64,000 nucleotides of DNA from Malacoraja senta (taxonomy: Eukaryota): positions 20,648,001 to 20,712,000 of the forward strand of contig CM075989.1 in assembly GCA_038087875.1 (NCBI GenBank), in the 5' to 3' direction. The notes below the pieces were generated by a model. It searched no databases. It was given only the letters and a program-made list of their open reading frames with translations, and was not told the origin of the DNA. How positions within the stretch are numbered: position 1 is the stretch's first letter; each line of letters starts with the position of its first letter. Shown here in pieces: positions 1-13,698 of the stretch. A program made the position numbers and the translations under genes.

Positions 1-916
1 ATGGCCTCTGCTTTCTCTTACTCTGCAACTTCTTCCGGTCCTTAAAGTCGCCTAGGATGACGGTACATTTGAGAAAATTATTCTCGTGTACTATCAGCTT
101 TCGTTGGCATTGTGCAGGTGTGTTTTAAGGCTTTGCATTAGGGTGGTGCAGCTGGTAGAGCTGCTGCCTCACAGCGCCAGAGACCCGGGTTCGATCACGA
201 TCTCGGGTGCTGTCTGTGTGTGTGGAACTTGCATGTTCTCCCAGTGACCGCGTGGGTTTGCTCCAGGTGCTCTGGTTCCCTTTCACATCCCAAAGATGTG
301 CGGGTTTGTAGGTTAATTGTCCTCTGTAAATTGCCCCACGTTTGTGGGGAGTTGGTACGAAAACGTGATATTGTACTTTGCTGGCTTTACCTTGCACTAA
401 AAGTTATTCCCTTATCGTGTATCTGTAGACTGGAAATGGCTAGATTGTAATCATGTCTTGTCTTTCCGCTGACTGGATAGCATGCAACAAAAGCGCTTCA
501 CTCTACCTCGGTATTCGCGACAATAAACTAAAACAAGGACTAAAGACTAACTGGCAAGAACAGGGGATTGACGGTCGGCACGAACTCGGTGGGCCGAAGG
601 GCTTGTTTTCATGCCGTATTTCTAAAACTAAAACTAAACTAATTGCTGCCTACAACAACACCTTTCCTGGTGGGATTTTTAAAAATAGTTCTGATATACC
701 ACACTGAAGTGTAATATCCCCAGGAACATTCAGTTCATAAGCAGATTCTTGCCAAGGCACACACTTCAGTAAAATGTGCAATTTAGCCAACTTAAAAATA
801 GATGATTAAAATCAGTGTGCATTGCAGTTGGTAAAGCAGAAACAGAAAACATTTTTTTCCAGTTGTACTGTAAAGTTAACCTCTCTTCAATGAACTTAAA
901 TTAATTTTATACATGG

Positions 917-1262
917 TCTTCCCTCACTCTCTCTCTCTCTCTCTCCATCCCTCCCCCATCCTGGTACCCTGACTAGTTTGACTGTCCTCCTGATTACATT
1001 TTACTTTATTTGCCTCGTTGTTTACTTCCCCCAGCTAACAATGATCCATTCTACATTTTCCTTGATCTTCATCACCTTTGATCTCTCGTTTTCGCACCTT
1101 ACCCTTCCATTTCTCTCCTTTCCCTCTCTCCTGAGTCATAATCTGAAGAAGGGTCTCGACCCGAAACGTCGCCCATGCCAGCGTTGCTGCTTGTCCTGCT
1201 GTTACTCCAGCGTTTTGTGTCAATCTTCGTGTAAACCAGCATCTACAGTTCCTTCCCACACA
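917..1262 (+). mobile_element. Penelope-like element 3' end with hammerhead-motif terminal repeat
   Basis: Same pyrimidine-rich 3' region as the GIY-YIG-linked copies at 2103-2593 and 54057-54270. CTGAAGAAGGGTCTCGACCCGAAACGTC at 1143-1170. Confidence 0.75.
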
Positions 1263-2102
1263 CTTAAGATCCATTAGTTCTGTGATGTTTCCTGTTGCTC
1301 TTAAATCACAATTACTGATTTATTAAGTGCAGCAGCTACTGAAGGTTCTGTAATAATTGAATTATGTGGCCTGCTGTTATTATTTCTGATTCATTTATGT
1401 ATCCGTTTGATGTAGATGAGTCTTGAGACTGAATTGTTCTGTATTTGATCGTCGTTCAAATATCAAAAATGGTGCAAATTGATCTGAGTGTGCAAGGGAT
1501 AAATTGGTTGTTAAGTCTAATTTAAACTCCCTTCCCTGCCATCGTTTGATTGAATCTTCCATTGATTTAATAAACGAGGAATTTTGAATTGTAAAATTAA
1601 ATATAGGATTGGTTTCCTTTCCCATCTAAGCCAAACAGTTGGCAATAGTTGTTGATTAAAAGCTTGATATGCTCTCAACTTTTATTTTTCGTTGTATTTT
1701 TCATTTATTTTGTGGGAAAGCACATGTGATTCAGTAAACCAATTAGTCAAAGTCATGGAGAACCAATTAAGAAATAATCAGGATGGTTAATTCAATTGAA
1801 GAGTAGAAATTGCATCATAATTGAGATAATTTTGAGTTGATTTATTTTCTCTTCAGCTTTGTGCCACTGTGTCCCCGAGTGGATTAACTCCTTCCGCGTT
1901 AACGGTGGAATGACCGGGATTCGTTGCCGGGAATCTTGGCTGCCTGACCATGGATCACTAGAACTGAGTCTGGGATCTGTGTTCTGGGCTGCTAAAGTGT
2001 TCACAAAGCTAAATGGTGCATAGTTTAAACACATGATGTAGAAAGTAAGTGAATTACAAACGTCAATTGTCATATGTACCAAAAAAGAATAATGAAATTC
2101 GT

Positions 2103-2593
2103 AAGATAGGCACAAAATGCTGGAGTAACTCAGCGGGACTGGCAGAATCTCTGGAGAGAAGGAATGGGTGACGTTTCAGGTTGAGACCTTTCTTCAGACT
2201 GAGCGTCGGGGGAACAAACATAAGGAAGTGTAAGGGATCAAAGGAGATGAAGATCAAGGAAAATGTAGAATTTATCAGAAATTATGGGGAGAAAGCAGGA
2301 GAATGGGGTTAGGAGAGAGAAATAGATCAGCCATGATTAAATGGCGGAGTAGACTTGATGGGCCGAATGGCCAAATTTCGACTCCTATTCCTTATGACTT
2401 TATGAGACCATTGTTAGCTAGGAGAAGGTGACAACAAAGCAAACAGAGATACAATGTAATCATGGGGGACATTCAGACTGGTTGGAGAACTGGGAAGGGG
2501 GAGGGATGGAGAGAGAGAGGGAAAGCAAGGGTGACTTGACGTTTGAGAAGTCGATATTCATACCACTTGGGTGTAAGCTGCCCAAGCGAAATT
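2103..2593 (-). mobile_element. Penelope-like element 3' end, interrupted by a CR1 tail (about 2277-2405)
   Basis: Minus strand reads FRLGSLHPSGMNIDFSN (PLE GIY-YIG C-terminus), followed by the terminal repeat. Confidence 0.78.
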
Positions 2594-3271
2594 CTTACGT
2601 GGCATTATAAGAGGCCAGTAGACATAGCCATAAACAATACCATGTTTGGTATTTGACATTGTTAGCCAAGTATTAGTGGAAGATCTTCCTTGAGTCTGAA
2701 GAAGGGTTTCGGCCCGAAACGTTGCTTATTTCCTTCGCTCCATAGATGCTGCTGCACCCGCTGAGTTTCTCCAGCACTTTTGTCTACCTTCCATTTCATT
2801 AGAGGTTGTCGAAGGACTGACTGCATTCTATGAACGTGCTTCTTGACACTTTTGGCATTGGGAATGACTGTAATGTAGATTCCTCTCTTTTAAAGCCCAC
2901 CCTGTTCATTTTGGGCTCACAAAGTGGCATTCCTTTGGTGAAAGTTGAGTAAAGTGGCAACCAAATAGTGCATTTATATCCCTTGCACTGTACCCTCTTC
3001 ATCGGCCGGCATGTCTGGTACACTTTGTTGCCTTTTGTACTTGATGTGTGATTGTCTCTTCATTTTCCTGAGCCAAGATTTTCCAGATACCATTTCTGGA
3101 AAAGTACCTTAAAAATCTGTGGGATGTGATAAAGATTTAGTTACCTTTAGCTATTCTGAGGTAGATAAGAATGCTGGAGAAACTCATTATCTAACTAGTT
3201 ATCTAATGGTTAACTAGTTATCATTATCTAACTAAAAAAACATTATCTAGCTAGTCTGTAATGAGTTTTGT

Positions 3272-3462
3272 AAGATGGACACAAAATGCTGGAGTAACTC
3301 AGCGGGTCAGGCAGCATCTCTGGAGAAAAGGAATAGGTGACATTTTGGGTCGACACCCTTCTTCAGTCTGAAGAAGGGTCTCGACCCAAAACATTACCTA
3401 CTCATTGTCTCCACAGATGCTGCCTGACCTGCTGAGTTACTCCAGCATTTTGTGTCTATCTT
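3272..3462. mobile_element. Fold-back hammerhead-motif element (95-bp imperfect arms)
   Basis: Arms symmetric about T3367 in CTTCAG-T-CTGAAG. Confidence 0.85.
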
Positions 3463-3590
3463 CAGTGTAAAACAGCATCTGCAAATTCATTAATGGACAC
3501 AAAATGCTGGAGTAACTCAGCGGGACAGCAAGCATCTCTGGAGAGAAGGAATGGGTGACGTTTCAGGTCAAGACCCTTCTTCTGAAGTTA

Positions 3591-4846
3591 CATAGATACA
3601 TAGATACATAGAAAATAGGTGCAGGAGTAGGCCATTTGGCCCTTCGAGCCTGCACCACCATTCAATATGATCATGGCTGATCATCCAACTCAGTATCCCG
3701 TACCTGCCTTCTCTCCATACCCCCTGATCCCTTTAGCCACAAGGGCCACATCTAACTCCCTTTTAAATATAGCCAATGAACTGGCCTCAACTACCCTCTG
3801 TGGCAGAGAGTTCCAGAGATTCACCACTCTCTGTGTGAAAACGTTTTTCCTCATCTCGGTCTTAAAGGATTTCCCCCTTATCCTTAAGCTGTGACCCCTT
3901 GTCCTGGACTTCCCCAACATCGGGAACAATCTTCCTGCATCTAGCCTGTCCAACCCCATAAGAATGTTGTACGTTTCTATAAGATCCCCTCTCAATCTCC
4001 TAAATTCTAGCGAGTATAAGCCAAGTCTATCCAGTCTTTCTTCATATGCAAGTCCTGACATCCCAGGAATCAGTCTGGTGAACCTTCTCTGCACTCCCTC
4101 TATGGCTATAATGTCCTTCCTCAGATTTGGAGACCAAAACTGTACGCAATACTCCAGGTGTGGTCTCACCAAGACCCTGTACAACTGCAGTAGAACCTCC
4201 CTGCTCCTATACTCAAATCCTTTTGCTATGAAAGCTAACATACCATTCGCTTTCTTCACTGCCTGCTGCACCTGCATGCCTACTTTCAATGACTGGTGTA
4301 CCATGACACCCAGGTCTCGCTGCATCTCCCCATTTCCTAATCGGCCACCATTTAGATAATAGTCTGCTTTCCTGTTTTTGCCACCAAAGTGGATAACCTC
4401 ACATTTATCCACATTATACTGCATCTGCCAAACATTTGCCCACTCACCCAGCCTATCCAAGTCACCTTGCAGTCTCCTAGAATCCTCCTCACAGCTAACA
4501 CTGCCCCCCAGCTTAGTGTCATCCGGAAACTTGGAGATGTTGCCTTCAATTCCCTCATCCAGGTCATTAATATAAATTGTAAATAGCTGGGGTCCCAGCA
4601 CTGAGCCTTGCGGTACCCCACTAGTCACTGCCTGCCATTGTGAAAAGGACCCGTTTACTCCTACTCTTTGCTTCCTGTTTGCCAGCCAGTTCTCTATCCA
4701 CATCAATACTGAACCCCCAATACCGTGTGCTTTAAGTTTGTTTACTAATCTCTTATGTGGTACCTTGTCGAAAGCCTTCTGAAAGTCCAGATACAACACA
4801 TCCACTGGTTCTCCCCTATCCACTCTACTAGTTACATCCTCGAAAA
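3591..4846 (-). mobile_element. CR1 LINE 3' fragment, same young subfamily as 14473-18083
   Basis: ORF 3690-4823 is nearly identical to the C-terminal part of ORF 16243-17991, but FADD is changed to FPDD. Tail appears as (CATAGATA)n on + at 3591-3611. Confidence 0.95.
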
Positions 4847-5991
4847 TTTTGTACCATAGATAGTCACAAAATTATTTACTTCAGCATTTTGTGACTATCT
4901 ATGGTTTAAACCAGCATCTGCAGTTCCTTCCTACACATGAGTTCTGTAAGGACTTGAAAATGTACCTGGCGTACCACATCACATATTTTTGAAGGATAAT
5001 TCTTTTTTTTGATTTTTAATTTTCTAGGCTTTAAAATGCCTATTTATATGTCTGTATGACTAGCTGTGAGACCCAGTACTCTGGCATGTTTCGTGACCTA
5101 AAGATAAAAACTAATAAGTATAAATTAGGAAATTATTGACTTGGGGAGAAGTGAAATGAAAATGATTTTATTTTTAAACAGCCAGCAAGTGTCAATAAAA
5201 TAATCCAATTTTTTTCTTGATATTAGAAATTGGGTCAGAATGTACCACATTTAAAACTTGAAACTTTTCCAAAATCTATTGTAAGTGGAAAGCAAGCAAG
5301 CAAAATTAAAATTGGAAATGCAGTGACAGCAGAACTTATAATGTCTCCGTGGATGCTGTAAGTTAGTTTCTAAGATTTAAAATATGAAAGAAATAATTCT
5401 GTTTTATCCCCACTGGGGAATAACAACGGGCACTTGTGTTTCTCCTGTAAATTCGTCCTCGCTGTACTCTGGGACACTTAGACAAATATTAGAGATTACG
5501 TGCAAAAGCTCGGAATGGGCATTTTAATGAGAGATTGGGGAGAATGAAAAATAGCTTGCCGCTCTTTTAAAGTTTTAGTGCTGATTTACACTGAAGGACG
5601 CACCAGTGACTTCTCTTCGCTGCGCATATTCTGTGAGGAATTATTTATTGGGTGAAAGAATAACTGGGTTTGCTTCAAAATAGGAATTTGCCGGGCTCTG
5701 GGGAAAGAGCAGTAGAATTGAACCAAAGGACTAGCGGTATGGTGGTGCAGCGGTGGAGTTGCTGCCTTACAGCGCTTGCAGCGCCGGAGACCCAGGTTCG
5801 ATCCCGACTACAGGCGCTGTTTGTACAAAGTTTGTACATTCTCCCCCTCGGAGACCCGGGTTCGATCCCGACTACAGGTGCTGTTTGTACAGAGTTTGTA
5901 CATTCTCCCCGTGACCGCGTGAGTTTTCTCAGAGATCTTTGCTCCACGTTCCAAAGACGTACAGGTTTATAGGCTAACTGGCTTGGTATAA

Positions 5992-6309
5992 GAGCCCTGT
6001 CCCACTGTACGAGTTCATTCAAAGAGTTCTCCCGAGTTTGCCCTGATTCGAACTCGGAGATTTACGGTAATGGCCGCTCGTCGGTACTCGGGGCTCTCGT
6101 GGACATTTTACAACATGTTGAAAAATCTTCATGAGTCTACCCGAGCTTACCGCGTTTCCCGAGTACCTGACGTTAGCGTTACGAGCCGCTAAGAGACGTC
6201 CCTGAGCTCCGACGTACCCGCTACGTTCATTCTCCGTGCTTACCACGAGTTTGATTTTTTTTTAAACTCGGAGAGCACTTGAATGAACTCGTACAGTGGG
6301 ACAGGCCCA
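5992..6309. mobile_element. PIF/Harbinger-type MITE family A, inserted into a SINE
   Basis: Long imperfect TIRs (..CCTGTCCCACTGTACGAGTTCATTCAA..), TAA duplicated at 5989-5991 and 6310-6312. The host SINE (about 5740-6425) resumes after it. Confidence 0.85.
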
Positions 6310-6729
6310 TAAGAGTAAAATTGTCCCCAGTATGTGTAGGTAACATAGTGTTAAATGTGCGGGGATCACTGTCGGTACAGACTCGGTGGGCCGAAGGGCC
6401 TGTTTCCGCGCGGTATCTCTCTAAACTCTAACCTAGCACGGGCATATGAGGTTGAATGGTTTCTTCTCCGTTCCAAGTTGTGTAGAATCTATGATTTAGA
6501 ATTTCATAAAAGGTTCTGAGATTAATTGTGTCCTAAAATGTTCTCATCATATTATTGTAAATTTGGAACATTAGTTTTATACAGGTCCCATAAGCATTTG
6601 CATTTTGGCAGAAAAAAGATGTTGCGTGCCACGTACCCAGTGGATGGTTGCAGGTCTTGTTCCTCTATATCCTCTAACTCTTTCAGTAAATGTATATCAA
6701 GGGAAAGTAGCTTTAGGAACATTTAGAAT

Positions 6730-7145
6730 CTTACCGTGGAAACAGGCCTTTCTGCCCAACTTGCCCACACTGGCCAACATATCCCATCTACACTAGTCCC
6801 ACCTGCTTGCATTTGGCCCATATCCCTCTAAATCTGTCCTATCCAAGTACCTGTGAATGTTACTTAAACTTTGTGATAGTACCTGCCTCAACTACCTCCT
6901 CTTGCAGCTCGTTCCATACATTTACTACCCTTTGCGTGAAAAAGTTACTCATCAGGTTCCTATTAAATCTTTCCCTCCTCATCTTAAACCTATGTCCGCT
7001 GGTTCTCGATTCCCCGACTCTGGGCAAGAGACTCTGTGTGTCTACCCGATCTATTCCTCTCGTGGTTTTGTACACTTCTATAAGATCACCCCTCATCCTC
7101 CTGCCCTCCAGGGAATAGAGTTCTAGTCTGCAAAACCTCTCCCTG
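6730..7145 (-). mobile_element. CR1 LINE 3' fragment, subfamily whose tail is shared with the SINEs
   Basis: Translation LYSLEGRRMRGDLIEVYK...FFTQRVVNVWNEL; 3' end resembles the SINE tail ...GGCCTGTTTCC. Confidence 0.85.
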
Positions 7146-8369
7146 TAGGTTTTGAAAAGGAAATAAATTGATAAATACATGCCTATTGCATCTCTCACAC
7201 TATACCCCTCAAATTTCTCTCTCCACCTTTGAGGAACGAAAGGGAAAGAAAGACAGAGCTTCTAATTAACAAGGAAAAGGGATGTGTAAATGTTTCTCTC
7301 ATCTGCACATCAGCATTTAAATGAGCTTACAGGCTGTAACATTGTCCACTGCACTCTCCGTCTATGTGGTTAACATGGTACAGTTGGAGTTTTCTTGCTT
7401 CACTGGAGCATTATGCAGCAAATATACAAGACGCTGATCCATGTTAGGAGATGGCTGAGTGGATAATCAACAGCTTGGTCGAAGCTGCCTGTTTAATGAT
7501 AAGAGATTTGGGGCGATTTCAGGCTAGGTTTGGAACAGCACGGATATCTCGGGTGCCAAAAGTGTCGGAGGAGACTGCAAAGGTGGGGAAGGACAAACCC
7601 ATGGAGCGATTTAAAAAAATAGTGACAAGAAGTCTAAACTCGCAGCCAGTTTTGGTCAACGAGCAGAAGGGTGATGGAGGGATGGAACTTGGCCTGCGGC
7701 AAGATTAAATGTAGCAGAGTTCTGGATAACCTCGTGTACAGAGATCAGGATGACGGACGTGGATGAGGGGTTTGTGGGAAACTACGAGTCGTGGAGCATG
7801 GAAACGGGCCCTTCGACAACCAACATTTCCTTGCCAGCCAACCTTTCCCATCTAAGCTTGTCCCATTTGGCCCATGTCCCTCAAATCTTTTCCTATTCAT
7901 GCCCCTGTAATGGAACTAATAGGGTGGATGAAGGTTTCAACAGCAGCCGCAACTTCTGAGGCAGGGGTGGAGTCGGTGGTGCTAGGCGTGGAAATAGACA
8001 GTCATGGTCATTGGCAGGGATACAAAATCCAAGATTTCACTCTGGGTCGGATGTGACACCAGGGTTGTAAAGAATCTCGTTCAGCTTTTGATGCTTGCCA
8101 TAGGGAGGGGTGGAGTTGGTAGCTTATGACAGGGGTTAAAGATGGTTTCTTCTGTGATCAATATCTAATATTTAGTTGATGATAAATGTATATTTGACCA
8201 GTTCACTGGCAATCCTGGCCTTACAAACCCAAGTACAAAGTCCCTTTACTGATCAGACAGAATATATTTTCAGAACAAATTTGAATAAGATCTTCAGTGT
8301 TTCTCTCTTATTCAGGTACATTTTGTTGACATCAAAGGCAAGGACTAGACCTAGAAAAGAACTGGTTTA

Positions 8370-8537
8370 AGGGCCTGCGGCTACAAAAAAAATGTTGCGA
8401 CACTTGAAAAAACACCGTGCGTCAATACGTCATCACACCGCGTCACGCCGCATCACGCCGCTAATTTATCGGTGACCTGATTCGTCAGTCAATGGTGCCA
8501 GCAGTCGCCGAAAAAATTGCCAAGTGGGACAGGCCCT
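8370..8537. mobile_element. PIF/Harbinger-type MITE family C, deleted near the left end
   Basis: TTA|AGGGCCTG ... GTGGGACAGGCCCT|TTA; only 8 bp of the left TIR remain. Confidence 0.72.
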
Positions 8538-11500
8538 TTAGAGTTTTACAAGTACAGCGTGGAAAGAGGCCCTTCGGCCCTCCAATCCCATACCGACCAT
8601 CAATCGCCCGTACACTAGTTCTACATTGTCCCAGTTTTGCGCGAGGAGCAATTTACAGAAGTCAATTGACCTCTAAACCTGCGTGTTTGGAATGCGGGTG
8701 GCGGTCACAGGGAGAATGTGCAAACTCACGGCAGCCGAGGTCAGGATTGAACCCGGGTCTCTGGCGCTGTGAGGCAGCAGCTCTGTCGCTCTGCCTCTGT
8801 GTTGCTGGTGTTGTTGAATGTAGCAGGAAATTAAATTTGCTCGTGGTAGTTAGATTTTGACGGTTCGGACCTCATGCCAGCCTTCCTTTTAGTAAGTGTC
8901 TCCATTTAGGTTTCTTATTTATTATGCACATAGTTTTACAATGTTTTACTGGTTTGACATCAAACAGATTCATTAATCGTTGAAAAGCAAAACAATTGAA
9001 GCTACTGAATCAACAAAGAGACCAATGCCAGAGATTGTCAGCGGGTGAGGTGCTGTACATGGTGGTGCAGCTGGTAGAGCTGCTGCCTTGCAGCACCAGA
9101 GACCCAGGTTCGATCCTGACCTCGGGTGCTATTTGTGTTTGGAGTTCACCCTGTGACCGTATGGGTTTCCCCTGGGTGCTTCAGTTTCAAAGATTCGTAC
9201 AGCACGGAAACAGGCCCTTTGGTCCAACTCGTCTGTGCCGACCATGATGCTCCATCTATGCTGGTCCCATTTGACACAGAGCCCTTGTCCTGTCCGTGAT
9301 AGTCATGGAAACCTCCCACAACTCATGGACATGCAAGTTAGTAGGTTAATTGGCCTCTGCAAAAATTGCTCCCAGTGTCAATCAAGTAAGGGAAAGTGGG
9401 TTAAAACTAGTGTAAAGGGGTCTTCAATGACTCGGTGGGTCAAAGGACCTGTTACCCATTCTTTCAGTTCATCAATCAATCTGGGAAGGGAGATAAAACA
9501 GGGAACATTTCAGGTTAATGCCATTTATTAGGATCCTTTATTAATAGGCCCTAACTTTCACCAGAAAAGCATCACCTGTTCATGACTTCAGTTTTATGAT
9601 AGCCGCTGGGTCACTGAGTGGTAAAATTTCAGAGACTATTATTTGACGGCAATGTGATGCTGGTAAAGATGATAGGATTGGAAAGATTAGTTTAGATGAC
9701 GCAACAAGGGCTTTAGGGACTTTGTTTTGGGATCAATGCCATCTAGTGGATGAATACACAACATAAAAATGGCTTCTTAAAGAAAGCACCTTGTGTCCAA
9801 ACGGCTGAATCGTTGACTATGTTGGTCAATTCCATTACAATATTTAAGAGTATAGACTCATTTGTGATTCTGGAAATCCCTTTGGGAAGGCAAATGGCAG
9901 ATAAGAAGGTGCTTTTGTGTCTTAGCAAAAAATCAAACTGCTGGCGGGATTTGGAGAAGACCTGAAGAAGGGTCTCTACCCAAAACGTCACCTATCCATG
10001 TTCTCCAGAGATGCTGCCTGATCCGCTGAGTTACTCCAGAATCTTGTGTCCGTCTTTGGTACAAACCAGCACAAACAGGACACCAGAGGATTGGACTTTA
10101 TTGCCTTCCCTCACAGTGGGAAACGTTCATTCCGCTGTGTGGGGATATTCATGTTAAATTCTATTCTATTCAATTCAATTCAATGCAATTCAATTCAACT
10201 TTAATGTCATTGCACAAATACTGAGTATGGGTACAACGAAATGCAGTTTTGCGTCAGTCCGTAGTAGTAGTAGTGCAATATAGAAATTAAAAAAAAAAAA
10301 GAGGATACAGAATAATCAAAAATACAGAATAATTAACAATGGGGACGGAGGGACCGGAGGAATCTATCGGCGGGACTCCGAGTTCAGCAATGCGACGGTA
10401 TAATTGTAGAAGCTGTTCCTCCTATTGTGTATTATGTTCTTTTTATTCGTATGACTGTAAGCTAACTCAAATCTCACGATACCAATTGGTGCATGTGAGA
10501 ATAAATGTAACTTGAAATTGAACTTGGAATGTGGGGAATCCGCTGTGATGGATGTTTATGTTAACTTTTATGTAGTTGTGTGTCTCGTTCCTTTTTTTTG
10601 GTATGGCTGTATTGTAATTCGCATATCACTGTACCTTAACTGGTACACGTGACAATAAAAGACCTTTGAAAGTTTTGAAACCTTTGTAATTACGTTGCTG
10701 GAGGGACTCAGTGGGTCAGGCAGCATCTGTGGAGGGAATGGACAGATGATGCCCTGGGTGGGGACCCTGCCTTAAGGTCCTGGAGACCCTCACTCTTGAG
10801 GAGGAGCTCCTGACCCAAGATGCAGTGGGTCCATTTCATTCCACAGATGCTGCCTGACCCGCTGAGTCTCTCCAGCAGATGGGTTTTTGCACAGGATTGC
10901 ATCATCTGTAGTCTCTTGTGTCTGAGCAATTTTTGTTTTAAAAAATACAAGCAGCCATCCGTCTTGGCCTTCCTCTCCCACCCAAGTTCTCAACCCCTCT
11001 CCCTTATCCTTTAAAAAAATAACACACAAGGCCTGATCAATAAGATTGTTAAAGGAATGCTGGAAGATGACTAATGTTACAATGATACCTGCATGTCAGA
11101 GGTATTGGTTGGGAACTTGGCTGACGACAGGACTCTATGTAGGTCCTTGTTTATAGAAGGATCTCAACTCAAAACATTGTCCAAATGCCTCCATCGATGC
11201 TGTCTGACCCGCTGAGTTCCTCCAGTGCAATGGTTTTTTTTTCTCAAGATTCCAGCAACTGCAATCGATTGTGCTCCAGCTATAACCAACTGCTTATCAA
11301 TAAGTGGAGATACTGTTACAAAGTGTTGTTACTGACCCCGTCATATCTGTTGGTGGCATCGGTTGAAAATGTTGCCCATGTTAGATCTTTGACCTGGCTG
11401 AAGGAAGCAATCTTTCAGCCCGCTCACTGCACAAACTAGTGTCCTAACACCACGGGTTTCCGGGGGGGTTGGGGAGAAGGCAGGAGAATGGGGTTGAAGG

Positions 11501-12392
11501 GGGAGATAGATCAGCCATGATTGAATGGCGTAGTAGACTTGATGGGCCGAATGGCCTCATTCTGCTCCGAGAACCTATGCCCAGGGCCCACGGTGACCAA
11601 AATATTTACATGAAATTCTTACAATTTTTACTCTACTTCGCCCGGCGTGGTTAATCTTCTCACAGTGTTGACAGCATATCATTTCTCCTAGTTTATTTTC
11701 TTTTTGATATGCCGTGAACGAGAAGGATTTTCATTACTCGCTTATAACATTTCAATCTATTTCAATTAACAGAATTTAAATTTAACAGCTGCTGTGGAAG
11801 GATTTAACTTCTGTTTCCAGTTCAATGGTTTCATACTCTCAACTACCAATGCAGAAACATAATCATCATTCTCTGCATCAGGTATCCAGAGAAAATACTG
11901 AGCGCTCATGTTATTGTTATGATCTCTTCATTAAGTCTCTTCTCAATGTCCTCTTTTACTGTGCTGTTGATCAAAATTGTTTGTGACCAAGTGTTCAAAC
12001 CAGTGATTCATTGCTGAAAGTTTGTGCATGGACAGAGGAAGCCTGTGGAATTTAGTTGAGAAAATATAGAAATAGGTACGATGAAGATGGGGAAGTAGCT
12101 AGCTTGCAGAAAGTAGAGTATGTGTAGGAAGGAACTGCAGATGCTGGTTTAAACCGAAGATAGACACAAAATGCTGGAGCAATGGGCAGCATCTCCGGAG
12201 GGTCTCGACCCGAAACGTCACCCATTCCTTCTCTCCAGAGATGCTGCCTTTCCCGCTGAGTTACTCCAGCACTTTGTGGCTATCTTGCAGAAACTACAGC
12301 TAAGTTAACATCAGGGATTCCTATTCAACCAGGAGGCACATAAAGGGAATGTACTTGGGGAAAGTAGATAAAGATATAGCTTGTAAAAACAC

Positions 12393-12935
12393 TATGAGTT
12401 TAGGAGCAAGGAGGTCCTACTGCAGTTGTACAGGGCCCTGGTGAGACTGCACCTGGAGTATTGTGTGCAATTTTGGTTTCCTAATTTGAGGAAGGACATT
12501 ATTGCAATTGAGGGAGTGTAGCTTAGGTTCACGAGGTTAATTCCCGGGATGATGAGACTGACATATGATGAAAGAATGGGTCGACTGGGCTTGTATTCAC
12601 CGGAATTTAGAAGGATGAGAGGAGATCTAATGGAAACATATAAAATTCTTAAGGAATTGGACAGGCTAGATGCAGGAAAAATGTTCCCGATGTTGGGGGA
12701 TTCCAAACAACCAGTCACAGTTTAAGAATAAAGGGTAGGCCATTTAGGACTGAGATGAGAAAAAACTTCACCCAGAATGTTGTGAATCTGTGGAATTCTC
12801 TGCCACAGAAGGCAGTGGAGGCCAATTCGCTGGATGTTTTCAAGAGAGAGTTAGATTTAACTCTTAGGGCTAAAGGAATCAAGGAATATACGGGGGAAAA
12901 GCAGGAACGGGGTTCTGATTTTAGATGATCCATGA
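12393..12935 (+). mobile_element. Degenerate CR1 LINE 3' fragment
   Basis: Encodes decayed [17 protein letters not shown]...VVNLWNSLP with stops and frameshifts. Confidence 0.88.
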
Positions 12936-13698
12936 TCAAATACACAGTGGCGTAACAGTAGAGTTGCTGCCTCACAGCGCCAGAGATCTGGCTTCGACCC
13001 TAACTACGGGTGCTATCTGTACAGTTTACACATTCTCCCGGTGACCCACGTGGGTTTTCTCCAAGTGCTCCAGTTTCCTTCCACACTCCAAAGATGTGGA
13101 GGTTTGTAGGTTAATTGGCTTCGGTAAAATTGTAAATTGTCCCTAGTGTGTAGGATAGTGGCTTGGGTATGGGGATTGCAGGTCAGCACGGACTCGGTGG
13201 GCTAAAGTGCCTGTTTCCGTGCTGTATCCCTATAAGTCTTAAGTACAGGCAAATAGGACTGGCCCAGCATGTCAACTTGGTCGGCATGGGCAAGGTGGGC
13301 CGAATGGCCGGTTTCCGTGCTGTACAGCTGCATGATTCTAAGTACTATGAACTATAAAGGAAAAATGAATACAAGGCAGATGCTTGTAGGTAGAGAAGTT
13401 TTCAGTTAGTTACATTTGAGGGGTTTTGTCCTGTCACTCTGTGCTGGAGTACTTTGCACTTTGGGGAATTGTTAGCCCTACCGCTGAACAATAATTGTTA
13501 GATATCTATGACTTTGACTTAATTATATCCGATTTTAAATTAGTTGAGGAAAAGTGGTAAAATGATGTATTCACAGCAAAAAGTGGAACCATCTGGATGG
13601 TTCTTTCAGAACATCGTCGTACAGAAAATGTTTGCGCCGTTAATTCATTCATTCCCCAGTTCTACAGAAAAGCACTCCATCCATTTTGGATTTCTGTA

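Noticed and set aside
6601..6660. FGRKKML as a MADS-box start
   Set aside because: There is no initiator Met and the following residues do not match MGRKKIQITRIMDERNRQ.
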